Origin: Candidatus Scalindua arabica
GTDB lineage: Bacteria > Planctomycetota > Brocadiia > Brocadiales > Scalinduaceae
Direction of reading: 5' to 3'
Assembly: GCA_018263435.1 (NCBI GenBank)
Contig: JAANXD010000074.1
Span: 9,197 to 73,196 of the forward strand
Length of the DNA stretch: 64,000 bases
The position numbers were made by a program, and so were the translations under genes. The notes below the pieces were generated by a model. The model saw nothing but the letters and a program-made list of their open reading frames with translations. It did not search any database and was not told the DNA's origin. Positions 29,666-38,414 of this stretch are shown here, in pieces. Numbering within the stretch: the stretch's first letter is position 1; each line of letters starts with the position of its first letter.

Positions 29666-29756
29666 GGGGTCAGACCTCAACATTTGACATAAATTCGATG
29701 AATCTCTTTAATAAACCTTATAAAATTGTTAATGTCAAATGTTGAGGTCTGACCCC
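29666..29756. mobile_element. MITE-like hairpin element, family C copy 1
   Basis: 91 bp with perfect 25-bp arms GGGGTCAGACCTCAACATTTGACAT / ATGTCAAATGTTGAGGTCTGACCCC. It differs from 35177-35267 at one position. Confidence 0.7.
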
Positions 29757-29971
29757 ATTTTCTTGGATTATTACCACACATAGACTCGGAAGACCCTCCG
29801 ATGGCAAAGAGATTCAAGGCGATAATGACGCGTCGCCCTTCAGTAGAAAGGATGATAAAACGACTGAAGTGTGATATTAGTGATGATCGTTTAAGCAAGA
29901 GAGGTGATCTCTCATTTCAGGCGTACTTGGATAAGACGATGATTGCTTTTCATCTCTTGTTACAGAATTGA
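29753..29971 (+). pseudogene. DDE transposase C-terminal remnant
   Basis: The open frame ends ..MAKRFKAIMTRRPSVERMIKRLKCDISDDRLSKRGDLSFQAYLDKTMIAFHLLLQN. This is the R..VE..I..LK...R.RG...A.NL-like tail typical of IS4/IS5-type transposases. The 5' part is missing and it abuts MITE C1. Confidence 0.4.
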
Positions 29972-30166
29972 ATTGAGGATTTTAAAAAGTATTGACAGAA
30001 GCAATCAATAGGTAATTTACCATATATCTGTAAAACGAACACGAAGAAAAGGCATATCGCGAGGTATGATCAACTATGCAAAACGTCAAATACACACTAC
30101 AGATCCCAAATGATGAATATAGAACATCTTAGACAACATCCATAACTCTACATTCAGTGTTCGCAA

Positions 30167-31957
30167 CTAAATATCCTGCTTATAAGCCTTGACTGCCTCA
30201 GTAAGCAAACCAAGTTCGCTGTAGGAATCACCAATTAATCCCGAGACCCAGGTCCTCTGCTCCTCCGTCACTTCTCCATCAAGAACCTTCCGGTAGTTTT
30301 CTATTGCCTTTTCAAACTGTCTGTCTCGCCCTAAACAAATACCTGCATAAATGTCAGCTTCAACCGCCAGATTCTTCTCCTTCTCTCTTTCGGCAATCCT
30401 CTTAAAGACATCAAAAGCCCTTTTGTTATTCTCATCATCAAGATAACATAAACCAATTTCAAATTTAATACTTTCAGCATATATACTATCTGGGTATTTA
30501 TCTAAACCTTGATTAAGTATTTCTACAGCACTATCTAACATCTTCATTATGCGTAGTGATTTTCCGCTATACAGGAAACCAATTGGCGACAAACTGCTGT
30601 CGGGATACTCTGCTAATGCACCTTTGTATAATTGAAATGCTGTCAAAAAATCCCCTGACTTAAAGAAACAATCTGCCAGTTTGTAGTAAGCTTTATCCAG
30701 TACACCGTTGCCAGTCTCATAAAGAACGAATTTACTTAGTGTATGTATAGCTTCTTCATAGTTACCAGATAAATGATAGCAGTTACCTATCTGATATTCT
30801 AATTCATAACGTATCTTTTCAGGTAAGATTAAACGGTCAGATGTAAGAATAGTATCTTCTGACTGGTATGCCTGCATATCACTCTCAGACTGAAATTTCT
30901 CCTTGATATCCAGGAATGTCTGTAACGCTACAGAATAATCCCCTGCATCAAGGTAGGTCTTTCCCAACCGCATATGAGCAGATATGACTGTATCACTATC
31001 ATGGTATTCTTTAATCACATAGTTATAGTTTTCAATGGCCTTTTCATGGTTACCTTGTTTTTTCCATAAGTCACCAATAATAAGATATGTATCATCCACA
31101 TTAGACTCATTGGGATATCTCCGCACGTAATTTAAATAACTCCCTCTCGCCTTTTCTAAATCATCCAGTTTAACATAACACTTTCCTTCACTAAACTTAG
31201 ATTTCTTTGCCAGTGGATGATCTGAATAATTTGCCGACACGGTTCTGTACTCCTGCAGCGCTATTGATGGAAAATTAGAATCAAGATAGAAGTTTCCCAG
31301 TTCGTAATATGCTTGTGCTATCCCCTCATAATCCGGATATTTTATCATAGCCTTTTGGTATGCCTGTACCGCCTTATCTTGATAATAACCATATGATGAC
31401 ACCACATTCAGCTTTGCAGGCAACGTTACAAATATTAAGTTTTCACTTATAATTGGTTCAAGCCCTTTTGCACCAAGTATAACATCAATTATGTCAATCA
31501 AAGGATTATCTTCCAGATCAACAGAAATAACAGAAGCGATTTCATCTTTATCAATATCCTCATCTATAATAATCTTCTTCATGCTTACAGAAGCTAACCT
31601 TTGCAGGATGACCTCCACAGATATTAAATCAGCCTTTATTGAGTACATGGTAGTACCGTAATTGCCTTTACTCCTGTTTATTGATACACCCTCGTCATCG
31701 GTAATTAATTCTACTGCCATATCCTCCTCCTGCAAGGCATGACGCTGCTTTAATTCCAACAACTTCTTTAATCCAGCTAACACCGTTCTCTCGTTATCTA
31801 CCATTTTCTTAAATTTGTTAACCGGCACATTCAACAATTTGGCGCCCGCATCATTTTGTACATCCGCATCAACATATCCCGTTGTACCAACCAACAAAAG
31901 GAATATCGTTAATATATTCATAAATGTGCGTCTTAATTTCGGATTTTCAGTATTCAT
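30167..31957 (-). CDS. secreted TPR-repeat protein
   Basis: 596 aa with a signal peptide and YbgF/BamD-like TPR units through the C-terminal 400 aa. Confidence 0.8.
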   Translation of the reverse strand: MNTENPKLRRTFMNILTIFLLLVGTTGYVDADVQNDAGAKLLNVPVNKFKKMVDNERTVLAGLKKLLELKQRHALQEEDMAVELITDDEGVSINRSKGNYGTTMYSIKADLISVEVILQRLASVSMKKIIIDEDIDKDEIASVISVDLEDNPLIDIIDVILGAKGLEPIISENLIFVTLPAKLNVVSSYGYYQDKAVQAYQKAMIKYPDYEGIAQAYYELGNFYLDSNFPSIALQEYRTVSANYSDHPLAKKSKFSEGKCYVKLDDLEKARGSYLNYVRRYPNESNVDDTYLIIGDLWKKQGNHEKAIENYNYVIKEYHDSDTVISAHMRLGKTYLDAGDYSVALQTFLDIKEKFQSESDMQAYQSEDTILTSDRLILPEKIRYELEYQIGNCYHLSGNYEEAIHTLSKFVLYETGNGVLDKAYYKLADCFFKSGDFLTAFQLYKGALAEYPDSSLSPIGFLYSGKSLRIMKMLDSAVEILNQGLDKYPDSIYAESIKFEIGLCYLDDENNKRAFDVFKRIAEREKEKNLAVEADIYAGICLGRDRQFEKAIENYRKVLDGEVTEEQRTWVSGLIGDSYSELGLLTEAVKAYKQDI

Positions 31958-32001
31958 AATTCACAGTAACGGATTCTCAAAGTTTTGCTGTAATGAATAA
32001 A

Positions 32002-32068
32002 AGAAACCACAGATAACTCAAGGAAACAATCTGTGCTATCTGTGAAATCTGTGAAATCTGTGGTTTCT
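32002..32068. repeat. 13-bp inverted repeat enclosing four ATCTGTG direct repeats at 9-nt phase
   Basis: Arms AGAAACCACAGAT (32002-32014) and ATCTGTGGTTTCT (32056-32068). ATCTGTG starts at 32029, 32038, 32047 and 32056. Confidence 0.6.
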
Positions 32069-32133
32069 CTTCTTAGTAAATTTGCACAGCTATTTCGATA
32101 TTCATTATTCAATACTTTACAATGGTTCTTCCT

Positions 32134-32892
32134 TCAGTGGACTGTTACCACTTTTTTCCGCTCTTCTTCTTCCCTGAAGTACTGTTTTGCCTGCTCAATG
32201 TAACTGTCGGCAATTTTATAATACGCTTTTATCACCATATGTTTATCGTTATCTTCTGTATATTTTGCCTCTAAGCCTGTTATTGAGTATAAAATTCTTC
32301 TAGCTTTTCCATAATCACCAGTTAGAATCAAACACTCTCCCAGGCCCAGTTGAGCCTTCAATCTATAAGGACTGTTCAAATAATCATTAGACACTTTTCT
32401 GTATACGCTTGATGCCTTATCATATTCTCCCAATTTATAATAACATTCTGCTAAACGGCTATAGACCCTGTCACTCTCATCAATAGCAATCTTTGATTTC
32501 ACCAGCTCTTCATATACGGATACGGCCTTCTTGTGCAGATCATAATCAAAATACATATCTGCTTCCTTTATAACATTCTTAATGTTTTCTTTAGTTATTT
32601 TACCACCAAACGAATAATTATTAGAAATACCGCCAGCATTCTTCTTTTCCCCGGGTGGGGCTATAGTTTTTTCTGGAACTTTCAGAGTATTTGTCCTTAT
32701 TGTTTTCTTGCTTATACTCTGTTTCTCTATCATGGATTTAAGCTCTTTCTTCTCCTCGGTGATCCAATTACGCTGTAAAAACATCAGTCCTGCAACCAAC
32801 AAGATGATTATCAGGTTTATTGCAATAACCCCTTTTAATCCACTTGTAGTGCCTATTAGCGTACTCAACTTTTGTTTTAGCTTCTTTATCAT
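32134..32892 (-). CDS. membrane-anchored TPR protein
   Basis: 252 aa with one N-terminal TM and C-terminal TPR units. Confidence 0.7.
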   Translation of the reverse strand: MIKKLKQKLSTLIGTTSGLKGVIAINLIIILLVAGLMFLQRNWITEEKKELKSMIEKQSISKKTIRTNTLKVPEKTIAPPGEKKNAGGISNNYSFGGKITKENIKNVIKEADMYFDYDLHKKAVSVYEELVKSKIAIDESDRVYSRLAECYYKLGEYDKASSVYRKVSNDYLNSPYRLKAQLGLGECLILTGDYGKARRILYSITGLEAKYTEDNDKHMVIKAYYKIADSYIEQAKQYFREEEERKKVVTVH

Positions 32893-32961
32893 GTTCTATT
32901 TCCTGTAAACAATAACAACTAATATAATATTAAGAACTCGACATTAACACAGTCACTGCAA

Positions 32962-34158
32962 TTACCTCTCCAATCTACACTTTTCACTCTCTGGTGAGTA
33001 TCCTGCATCATTTCCATCGAGGCTTATTAATAACACTGTTTCATCATCAAGGCTAACATCCTTATTATTTGTGAATGAAGCATGTTCAACCCTATTAGAC
33101 TGTTCTTCTTGTAGACTCTGCATATTCTGCAAGGCACTGTCAATCTTCTGCTTTATCAAGGCACCTTCTTCCATAATTCTTGACATTGAATTACTTCTTG
33201 ATAACATCAATTTGTTTTCATAAGAATAAGGAATTGTACTTTCAACTAAGTCAATTTCCGATGAAACGCCTAACGGGCAAGGGTTGTCCTCCAGTATTTC
33301 TGTCTCTCCGTCCGGTGCTATCATCGAACATACCAGGTTATTCCCGCTATTTACATATTTAATAACTCTCTTTTTCTTATCAACAAGCACACATAACATC
33401 GACACTTTGACATGAGGGATAATATTCTCGCACAAAAATTTATTTATACCGTCCATTACTCTTTTTGGTGTATTCCCTGCCTTTGATCTAAATAATGTCT
33501 TAATCATTATTCCTATCTGCCTGTTTTCCCACCATTCCCTGCGATGTTCACTTTGGCCATTAATATTCCCGAATATCAACATTGATCTGTTATTGCTAAC
33601 GGCAAAAGAATCAAAGACAACTGTACTTTTAGGTTGACATGCCGGACCATCAAAGTAATAAGACATACCGCCCGGTTTCAAAAGGTTATCAGTTTTTGAT
33701 AATTGCTCACTGTCATTGCACTGTAAGTGGCGGTCTTCTTCTTTATCTGTGCCCTTTGAGATACTGGAATTATTGAGCATCCTTAAGAGAACGTCTTTTA
33801 TTTCCTGTATCTTGAAAGGCTTGCTGATCATCTCAACTACACCCAGTTTTGCCGCTTCTTTGACTGTTTCAAGAGAACCATATGCCGTGATAATGACTAT
33901 TTTCAAATCAGAATCACTCTTCTTCACCTCACGTATTAATTGGATACCATCCATACCACGCATCTTAATATCTGTTATAATTAAGTCGTATGGCGCCTCC
34001 TTGAAACGCTCCATAGCCTGAAAGGCATCCCGAGCCACGTCTACCTTATAACCTTCACTGGCCAAAGCCTCCTGTAAGACGTATCTGATTGTCTCTTCAT
34101 CATCTACCAACAAGATCCTGTTATTTACCATATCACTTATTCTCTTACTTGTAGTCAA
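32962..34158 (-). CDS. response regulator with a C-terminal SpoIIE/PP2C-like domain (catalytic residues degenerate)
   Basis: 398 aa. The REC domain is intact (LLVDDEE, ITDIKMRGMDG, SKPF). The C-terminal domain aligns to the SpoIIE pattern (Y.N.G.N...DG...L...PLG) but has GGMSYYFD, GNINGQ and SRSN where metal-binding Asp motifs are expected. Confidence 0.7.
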   Translation of the reverse strand: MTTSKRISDMVNNRILLVDDEETIRYVLQEALASEGYKVDVARDAFQAMERFKEAPYDLIITDIKMRGMDGIQLIREVKKSDSDLKIVIITAYGSLETVKEAAKLGVVEMISKPFKIQEIKDVLLRMLNNSSISKGTDKEEDRHLQCNDSEQLSKTDNLLKPGGMSYYFDGPACQPKSTVVFDSFAVSNNRSMLIFGNINGQSEHRREWWENRQIGIMIKTLFRSKAGNTPKRVMDGINKFLCENIIPHVKVSMLCVLVDKKKRVIKYVNSGNNLVCSMIAPDGETEILEDNPCPLGVSSEIDLVESTIPYSYENKLMLSRSNSMSRIMEEGALIKQKIDSALQNMQSLQEEQSNRVEHASFTNNKDVSLDDETVLLISLDGNDAGYSPESEKCRLER

Positions 34159-34359
34159 CGACCACCGGCATAGCCGGGGGACTTGAGGAGCCCCCCCCTA
34201 AAAGGGGTACTAATCTAAAATATTTTCCCAACCATTTTATTCTTCTGAAAGTCTGAGCCTGAAGAATGATTCTGCTTTCTGGTTTCCTTGCCGGTTCAAA
34301 ATAATCCAGACAAGTGAGAACAAAAATATGCTCCTCTCTTTCGAGAGGATTCCAACACT

Positions 34360-34530
34360 GGCAGCCCGCCTAATGCAGACCGTGTCACAATAGCAAAAAC
34401 GGCCAATTTGTCATCCTCATCTTCTGAACTTGTTTCAGGATCTAATGTTTACAACGACTTAGCAACTTAAGAGATCCCGAAATGAATTCGGGATGACAAT
34501 TGTGACACAGCCTAATGGCTGGCGGTTAAA
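34360..34530. repeat. composite palindromic repeat (GTCATCC..GGATGAC type nested in CCGCC..GTGTCACAAT arms)
   Basis: The left arm CCGCCTAATGCAGACCGTGTCACAAT and right arm ATTGTGACACAGCCTAATGGCTGGCGG flank GTCATCCTCATCTTCTGAACTTGTTTCAGGATC...GGATGAC. Coordinates are approximate. Confidence 0.4.
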
Positions 34531-34611
34531 AATGACAAAACATGCATTTTTGTTATTATGACAACAGCCTCCAGATAGTCTGTGGCGACTGGAACGCACT
34601 CAAGAAACTTA

Positions 34612-35115
34612 CTACTTACTGGAAAATGCTTTAAAAAGATCCTTAACAATACATTCCAGACGGTCAACCTCTTTAAAAATCATCCTGAAGATTCTTTCGT
34701 TTGAATCATCTTTCTCCACTCTCTCCCTTAACACTTCTACAGCAGCAGAAATACCAGCCAGAGGATTTCGTACTTTATGAGTAACAATACCCATCAATTC
34801 GTTCAGGTCATCAAAATATTCAGTTTCCTTATACTTGTCTACTATCATCTTTATTCCTTCATCATCACTTAAATCAACACCCGACTTCTCTCCACTCCCT
34901 GAAGATTCAATCTGCTTGTTCAATGCAGCAGACAATTCCTCCTTCGAGATTAGGTTCATATTGACAAGGATCATCCCCAGGAGCTGATGATCAGGATTGT
35001 CTTTTTGCATACTTAATGCTTTTTGAACATCAGAACTCTTAACCTTGCCGTCTTTAACTAGAATCTCTCCAAGTTTCTTCTGACATAATTCAGTATCTTC
35101 TTTGACATTGATCAC
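34612..35115 (-). CDS. stand-alone MshEN/T2SSE_N-like motif pair fused to a HisKA dimerisation/phosphoacceptor domain (no ATPase domain)
   Basis: 167 aa, GTG start. It carries KLGEILVKDGKVKSSDVQKALSMQ and LLGMILVNMNLISKEELSAALNKQ, then an H-box VTHKVRNPLAGI. The ORF ends before any HATPase_c motifs. Confidence 0.65.
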   Translation of the reverse strand: MINVKEDTELCQKKLGEILVKDGKVKSSDVQKALSMQKDNPDHQLLGMILVNMNLISKEELSAALNKQIESSGSGEKSGVDLSDDEGIKMIVDKYKETEYFDDLNELMGIVTHKVRNPLAGISAAVEVLRERVEKDDSNERIFRMIFKEVDRLECIVKDLFKAFSSK

Positions 35116-35176
35116 TTTATATCATTTCCTTTTCTAATTGTGCATATTGTTAATCGAAACCAGTGTTGCATGGGGG

Positions 35177-35267
35177 GGGGTCAGACCTCAACATTTGACA
35201 TAAATTCGATGAATCTCTTTAATAAACCTTATAAAATTGTTAATGTCAAATGTTGAGGCCTGACCCC
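35177..35267. mobile_element. MITE-like hairpin element, family C copy 2
   Basis: Near-identical to 29666-29756 and preceded by a G9 run. It lies 11 nt downstream of the NtrC-type gene stop codon (35279). Confidence 0.7.
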
Positions 35268-35278
35268 ATTTTCTATTT

Positions 35279-36676
35279 CTACTGTTTAATACCATAATGC
35301 TTTATCTTGTTATATAAAGTGGTACGGTTAATACCCAGTATCTTAGATGCCTTGGTCATCCGCCAGGAAGTCTCCTTAAGGATTTCTGTTATATGTTGTT
35401 TCTCAACAGTTGAAATAGACTGATCTACCTCTTCATCCTGCCCAATATCGTTCATTTCTGACTCGGGCCCCAGTAACAGGTGCTCGGCAGAAATTGCAGA
35501 ATTATTTGAAAGAAGAACAGCTCTTTCAATAACGTTTTTCAGTTCTCTCACGTTTCCAGGCCATTCATATTTTTTCAAAATAGCTTTTATTTCCGGTGTC
35601 AGGCCATTGACTTCCTTATTGAATTCTTTATTAAATTTATCAATATAGTGTTTTGCAAGCGGGACGATGTCATCCTTCCTTTCCTTCAATGCACACAAAT
35701 ATACCGGCAAGACTTTCAGGCGATAAAAAAGATCTTTCCTGAAATTCCCTTTCTTTACTTCCTCTTCCAGATTCCGGTTTGTCGAAGCAACTATCCTTAC
35801 GTCTACATTTATAACATCGTCCCCACCTACCCTCTTAAACTTCCTTTCCTGAAGCACTCTCAGCAGTTTTGCCTGTAATGGCAAACCCATCTCTCCAATC
35901 TCATCAAGAAACATGGTGCCTCTCTGGGTGGCTTCGAACAGACCGGCCTTTCCTGTAGTAGAAGCTCCTGTAAAAGAACCCTTTTCATAACCAAACAACT
36001 CGGCTTCAAGCAGGTTCTCTGTCAGTGCAGCACAATTAATCTCCATAAACCTGTACTTATTTCTCGCACTCATCATATGAATATAGTTGGCAATCAACTC
36101 CTTACCTGTCCCACTCTCTCCCTGTATAAGCACCGTACTTGAAGGGCTCTGTGCAATTACCTTTACATGTTCAAAGATCTTTTTCATTTCTTTACTAACG
36201 GCAATAATATTAGCATTACCTGTAACATCTGTTTTTTTCCTTAGCCTTAATACTTCCCTCATCAGAGATTGAGTACTCAATGCCTTATCAACCACAACCT
36301 TGACGTGTTCCATCTTAAACGGTTTCTCAAGATAATCGAATGCCCCTGCTTTCATTGCGCTTACTGCAGTGTCAACAGAACCATGACCTGTTAAGAGAAT
36401 TACGAGTATGTTCGGATCATGCGCTTTTATTTCCCTTAATAAATCCAGGCCACTCATTCCGGGCAACTTTAAGTCCAATATAACCAGGTCAGGAATCACC
36501 TTCTTTACCAGGCTTAAAGATTTTTCCCCATCCTCCTCCGTGTATACTTCATGCCCTTCAGACTCCAATGCCTCTTTTAAACAAAACCTGATTGTTTCCT
36601 CGTCATCCACAACTAAGATTACGGGCTTTACGCTATCCTGGCTTTCCGCATTTTTAACCGATTTTGTTTCTTTCAT
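35279..36676 (-). CDS. sigma54-dependent response regulator (NtrC family)
   Basis: 465 aa: [26 protein letters not shown], and a C-terminal HTH KASKILGINRTTLYNKIK. Confidence 0.92.
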   Translation of the reverse strand: MKETKSVKNAESQDSVKPVILVVDDEETIRFCLKEALESEGHEVYTEEDGEKSLSLVKKVIPDLVILDLKLPGMSGLDLLREIKAHDPNILVILLTGHGSVDTAVSAMKAGAFDYLEKPFKMEHVKVVVDKALSTQSLMREVLRLRKKTDVTGNANIIAVSKEMKKIFEHVKVIAQSPSSTVLIQGESGTGKELIANYIHMMSARNKYRFMEINCAALTENLLEAELFGYEKGSFTGASTTGKAGLFEATQRGTMFLDEIGEMGLPLQAKLLRVLQERKFKRVGGDDVINVDVRIVASTNRNLEEEVKKGNFRKDLFYRLKVLPVYLCALKERKDDIVPLAKHYIDKFNKEFNKEVNGLTPEIKAILKKYEWPGNVRELKNVIERAVLLSNNSAISAEHLLLGPESEMNDIGQDEEVDQSISTVEKQHITEILKETSWRMTKASKILGINRTTLYNKIKHYGIKQ

Positions 36677-36793
36677 TTAACCCTCTATTCTAAAATAAAT
36701 TTTCTTTCCTTATTTGGTAGCCTCTAATTGCCATAAAAAAATGCCTATATCTTATACATAATGTTGTATAAATATACAATGTTTTTGTATCAA

Positions 36794-36924
36794 TCCATAA
36801 AAGGGGACAGGCTACTTTTTTGCCTAATATATCCTATTCGCTACTTCTCCGTTATCTTTTAAAAGATTTTACTCCATACTCCCCATCACCTTTAACAAAA
36901 AAGTAGCCTGTCCCCTTTTATGGA
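36794..36924. mobile_element. MITE-like repeat, family B copy 1
   Basis: 131 bp with perfect 25-bp terminal inverted repeats ATAAAAGGGGACAGGCTACTTTTTT / AAAAAAGTAGCCTGTCCCCTTTTAT. It abuts the stop codon at 36925. Confidence 0.65.
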
Positions 36925-38136
36925 TCAGGGATTAAGCTTATCAAGTTTGCCCTTAGCCGCCTTAATCTCATCTATGTTACGTGCATATCTAACGCATTCC
37001 TTAAGATGCTTTTTGACTTTATCTGGTTGGTTTCTCCTCTCAAATATTTCGACCAGAACAAAATTTATCTCGTAGCTGCCTTTGTGTTTTTCGAGTGATT
37101 TCTCAAAGGCCTGTATCGCTTCATCTTCAGAACCACTATTTAAGTATAATAACCCAAGTTCTTTATAACGACCGGCAATATTCATGGGATACACACTCAG
37201 TGTCTTTTTATATACATCAATAGCTTTATTATAATCGCCTCTCTTAGTATAAATCTTTGCCATTTCATCGAATGGATCAAAACCGGAAGTCAAAAATACT
37301 TCAAGTACCTTCTCGTCAAAATTCTGATCCAAACGCCTTAAGACCATCACACCTTCACCCAGAATCTTATCTTCTAATGAGGAATTCTCCTCTTTGCTGG
37401 TTCTGGTTAGATAAAGTACTATCAATGAGGCACGTATGCCAATTGCATCACCGGTAATCGAAAGTATTTCTCTCAGCTTCTTTTCAGACACATCAAAGGT
37501 ATATTGGCCCTGATTATATAACCCTATAATACTTAACGCATCATCGTATGCATTTCGTTCTCGGCAGAAGTTCGTTATCTTTACAGATAACTCCTTCAGG
37601 ATGCTGGTTGACAATTCTTCAGGGTTACCCTCTACGGCAACAAAACCTAATGTTTCCTTCTCCTTAACACCTACTATTTCAGCATCTATTCTCAAACTGC
37701 TTCCTATTAAAGAGATGTTACCTTTCAGAACATAGTCTGACTTCAATTGCCTGCCAAATTTCTTGACCGTTTTCGTATTCAACTTTGCCCCAGCATCCAC
37801 CTGATCTGCTGACCAGGCCCCACCAGAACTAGTAATATTGTCGACATTTATATCCTCACTTAATGTCACCGTACTAACCTTCTCATAAATAATTTCCCTG
37901 TCTATCGGCTCAAAATACCCTGTCTGTGTAAACATACTTCTTAATGCATCTGGAACAACTTCTTCCATGTTCATCTGGGCATAATCCTTGAACGGCAGAA
38001 TAACAATCTTGTAACTCCTTTTCGCATCGCAATTTTGGCTGACAAAAGCTACAAGAATGAAAACAATTAACACCGTTTTAATACCAATCGCCATTCTTAA
38101 TAATCCCCTTATTTTGTATAAAATATTCATTTTCAC
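36925..38136 (-). CDS. exported protein with C-terminal TPR units
   Basis: 403 aa, GTG start, N-terminal hydrophobic anchor. TPR-like units in the last 120 aa. Confidence 0.65.
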   Translation of the reverse strand: MKMNILYKIRGLLRMAIGIKTVLIVFILVAFVSQNCDAKRSYKIVILPFKDYAQMNMEEVVPDALRSMFTQTGYFEPIDREIIYEKVSTVTLSEDINVDNITSSGGAWSADQVDAGAKLNTKTVKKFGRQLKSDYVLKGNISLIGSSLRIDAEIVGVKEKETLGFVAVEGNPEELSTSILKELSVKITNFCRERNAYDDALSIIGLYNQGQYTFDVSEKKLREILSITGDAIGIRASLIVLYLTRTSKEENSSLEDKILGEGVMVLRRLDQNFDEKVLEVFLTSGFDPFDEMAKIYTKRGDYNKAIDVYKKTLSVYPMNIAGRYKELGLLYLNSGSEDEAIQAFEKSLEKHKGSYEINFVLVEIFERRNQPDKVKKHLKECVRYARNIDEIKAAKGKLDKLNP

Positions 38137-38414
38137 TCCTTTAAATTATTTTCTTTGAAATATACGCATATTTTATGCCTATTCTTATAATATAGTCTTG
38201 AGAGTACCTTTTAATCTTTACTGCCAGCCTTAGACTACTTTACAGGAATTAAACCCGGTTAACCATGTTCAGATTTTGATCATATTGTGTTTCAGTTTAG
38301 GTCAATCCAGATTTGCTGATTTTTTTCTCTAAAGCTTCCCCCTCTTTCTACCGAAAAGATACTTAGTGACGTTTTTATTTTATATTTCAAATCTTGTTGA
38401 ATGGAGGTGCAAGA

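Noticed and set aside
29677-29898. 73-aa minus-strand ORF
   Set aside because: It spans the family C MITE and is antisense to the transposase remnant, so it is an artefact of repeat sequence.
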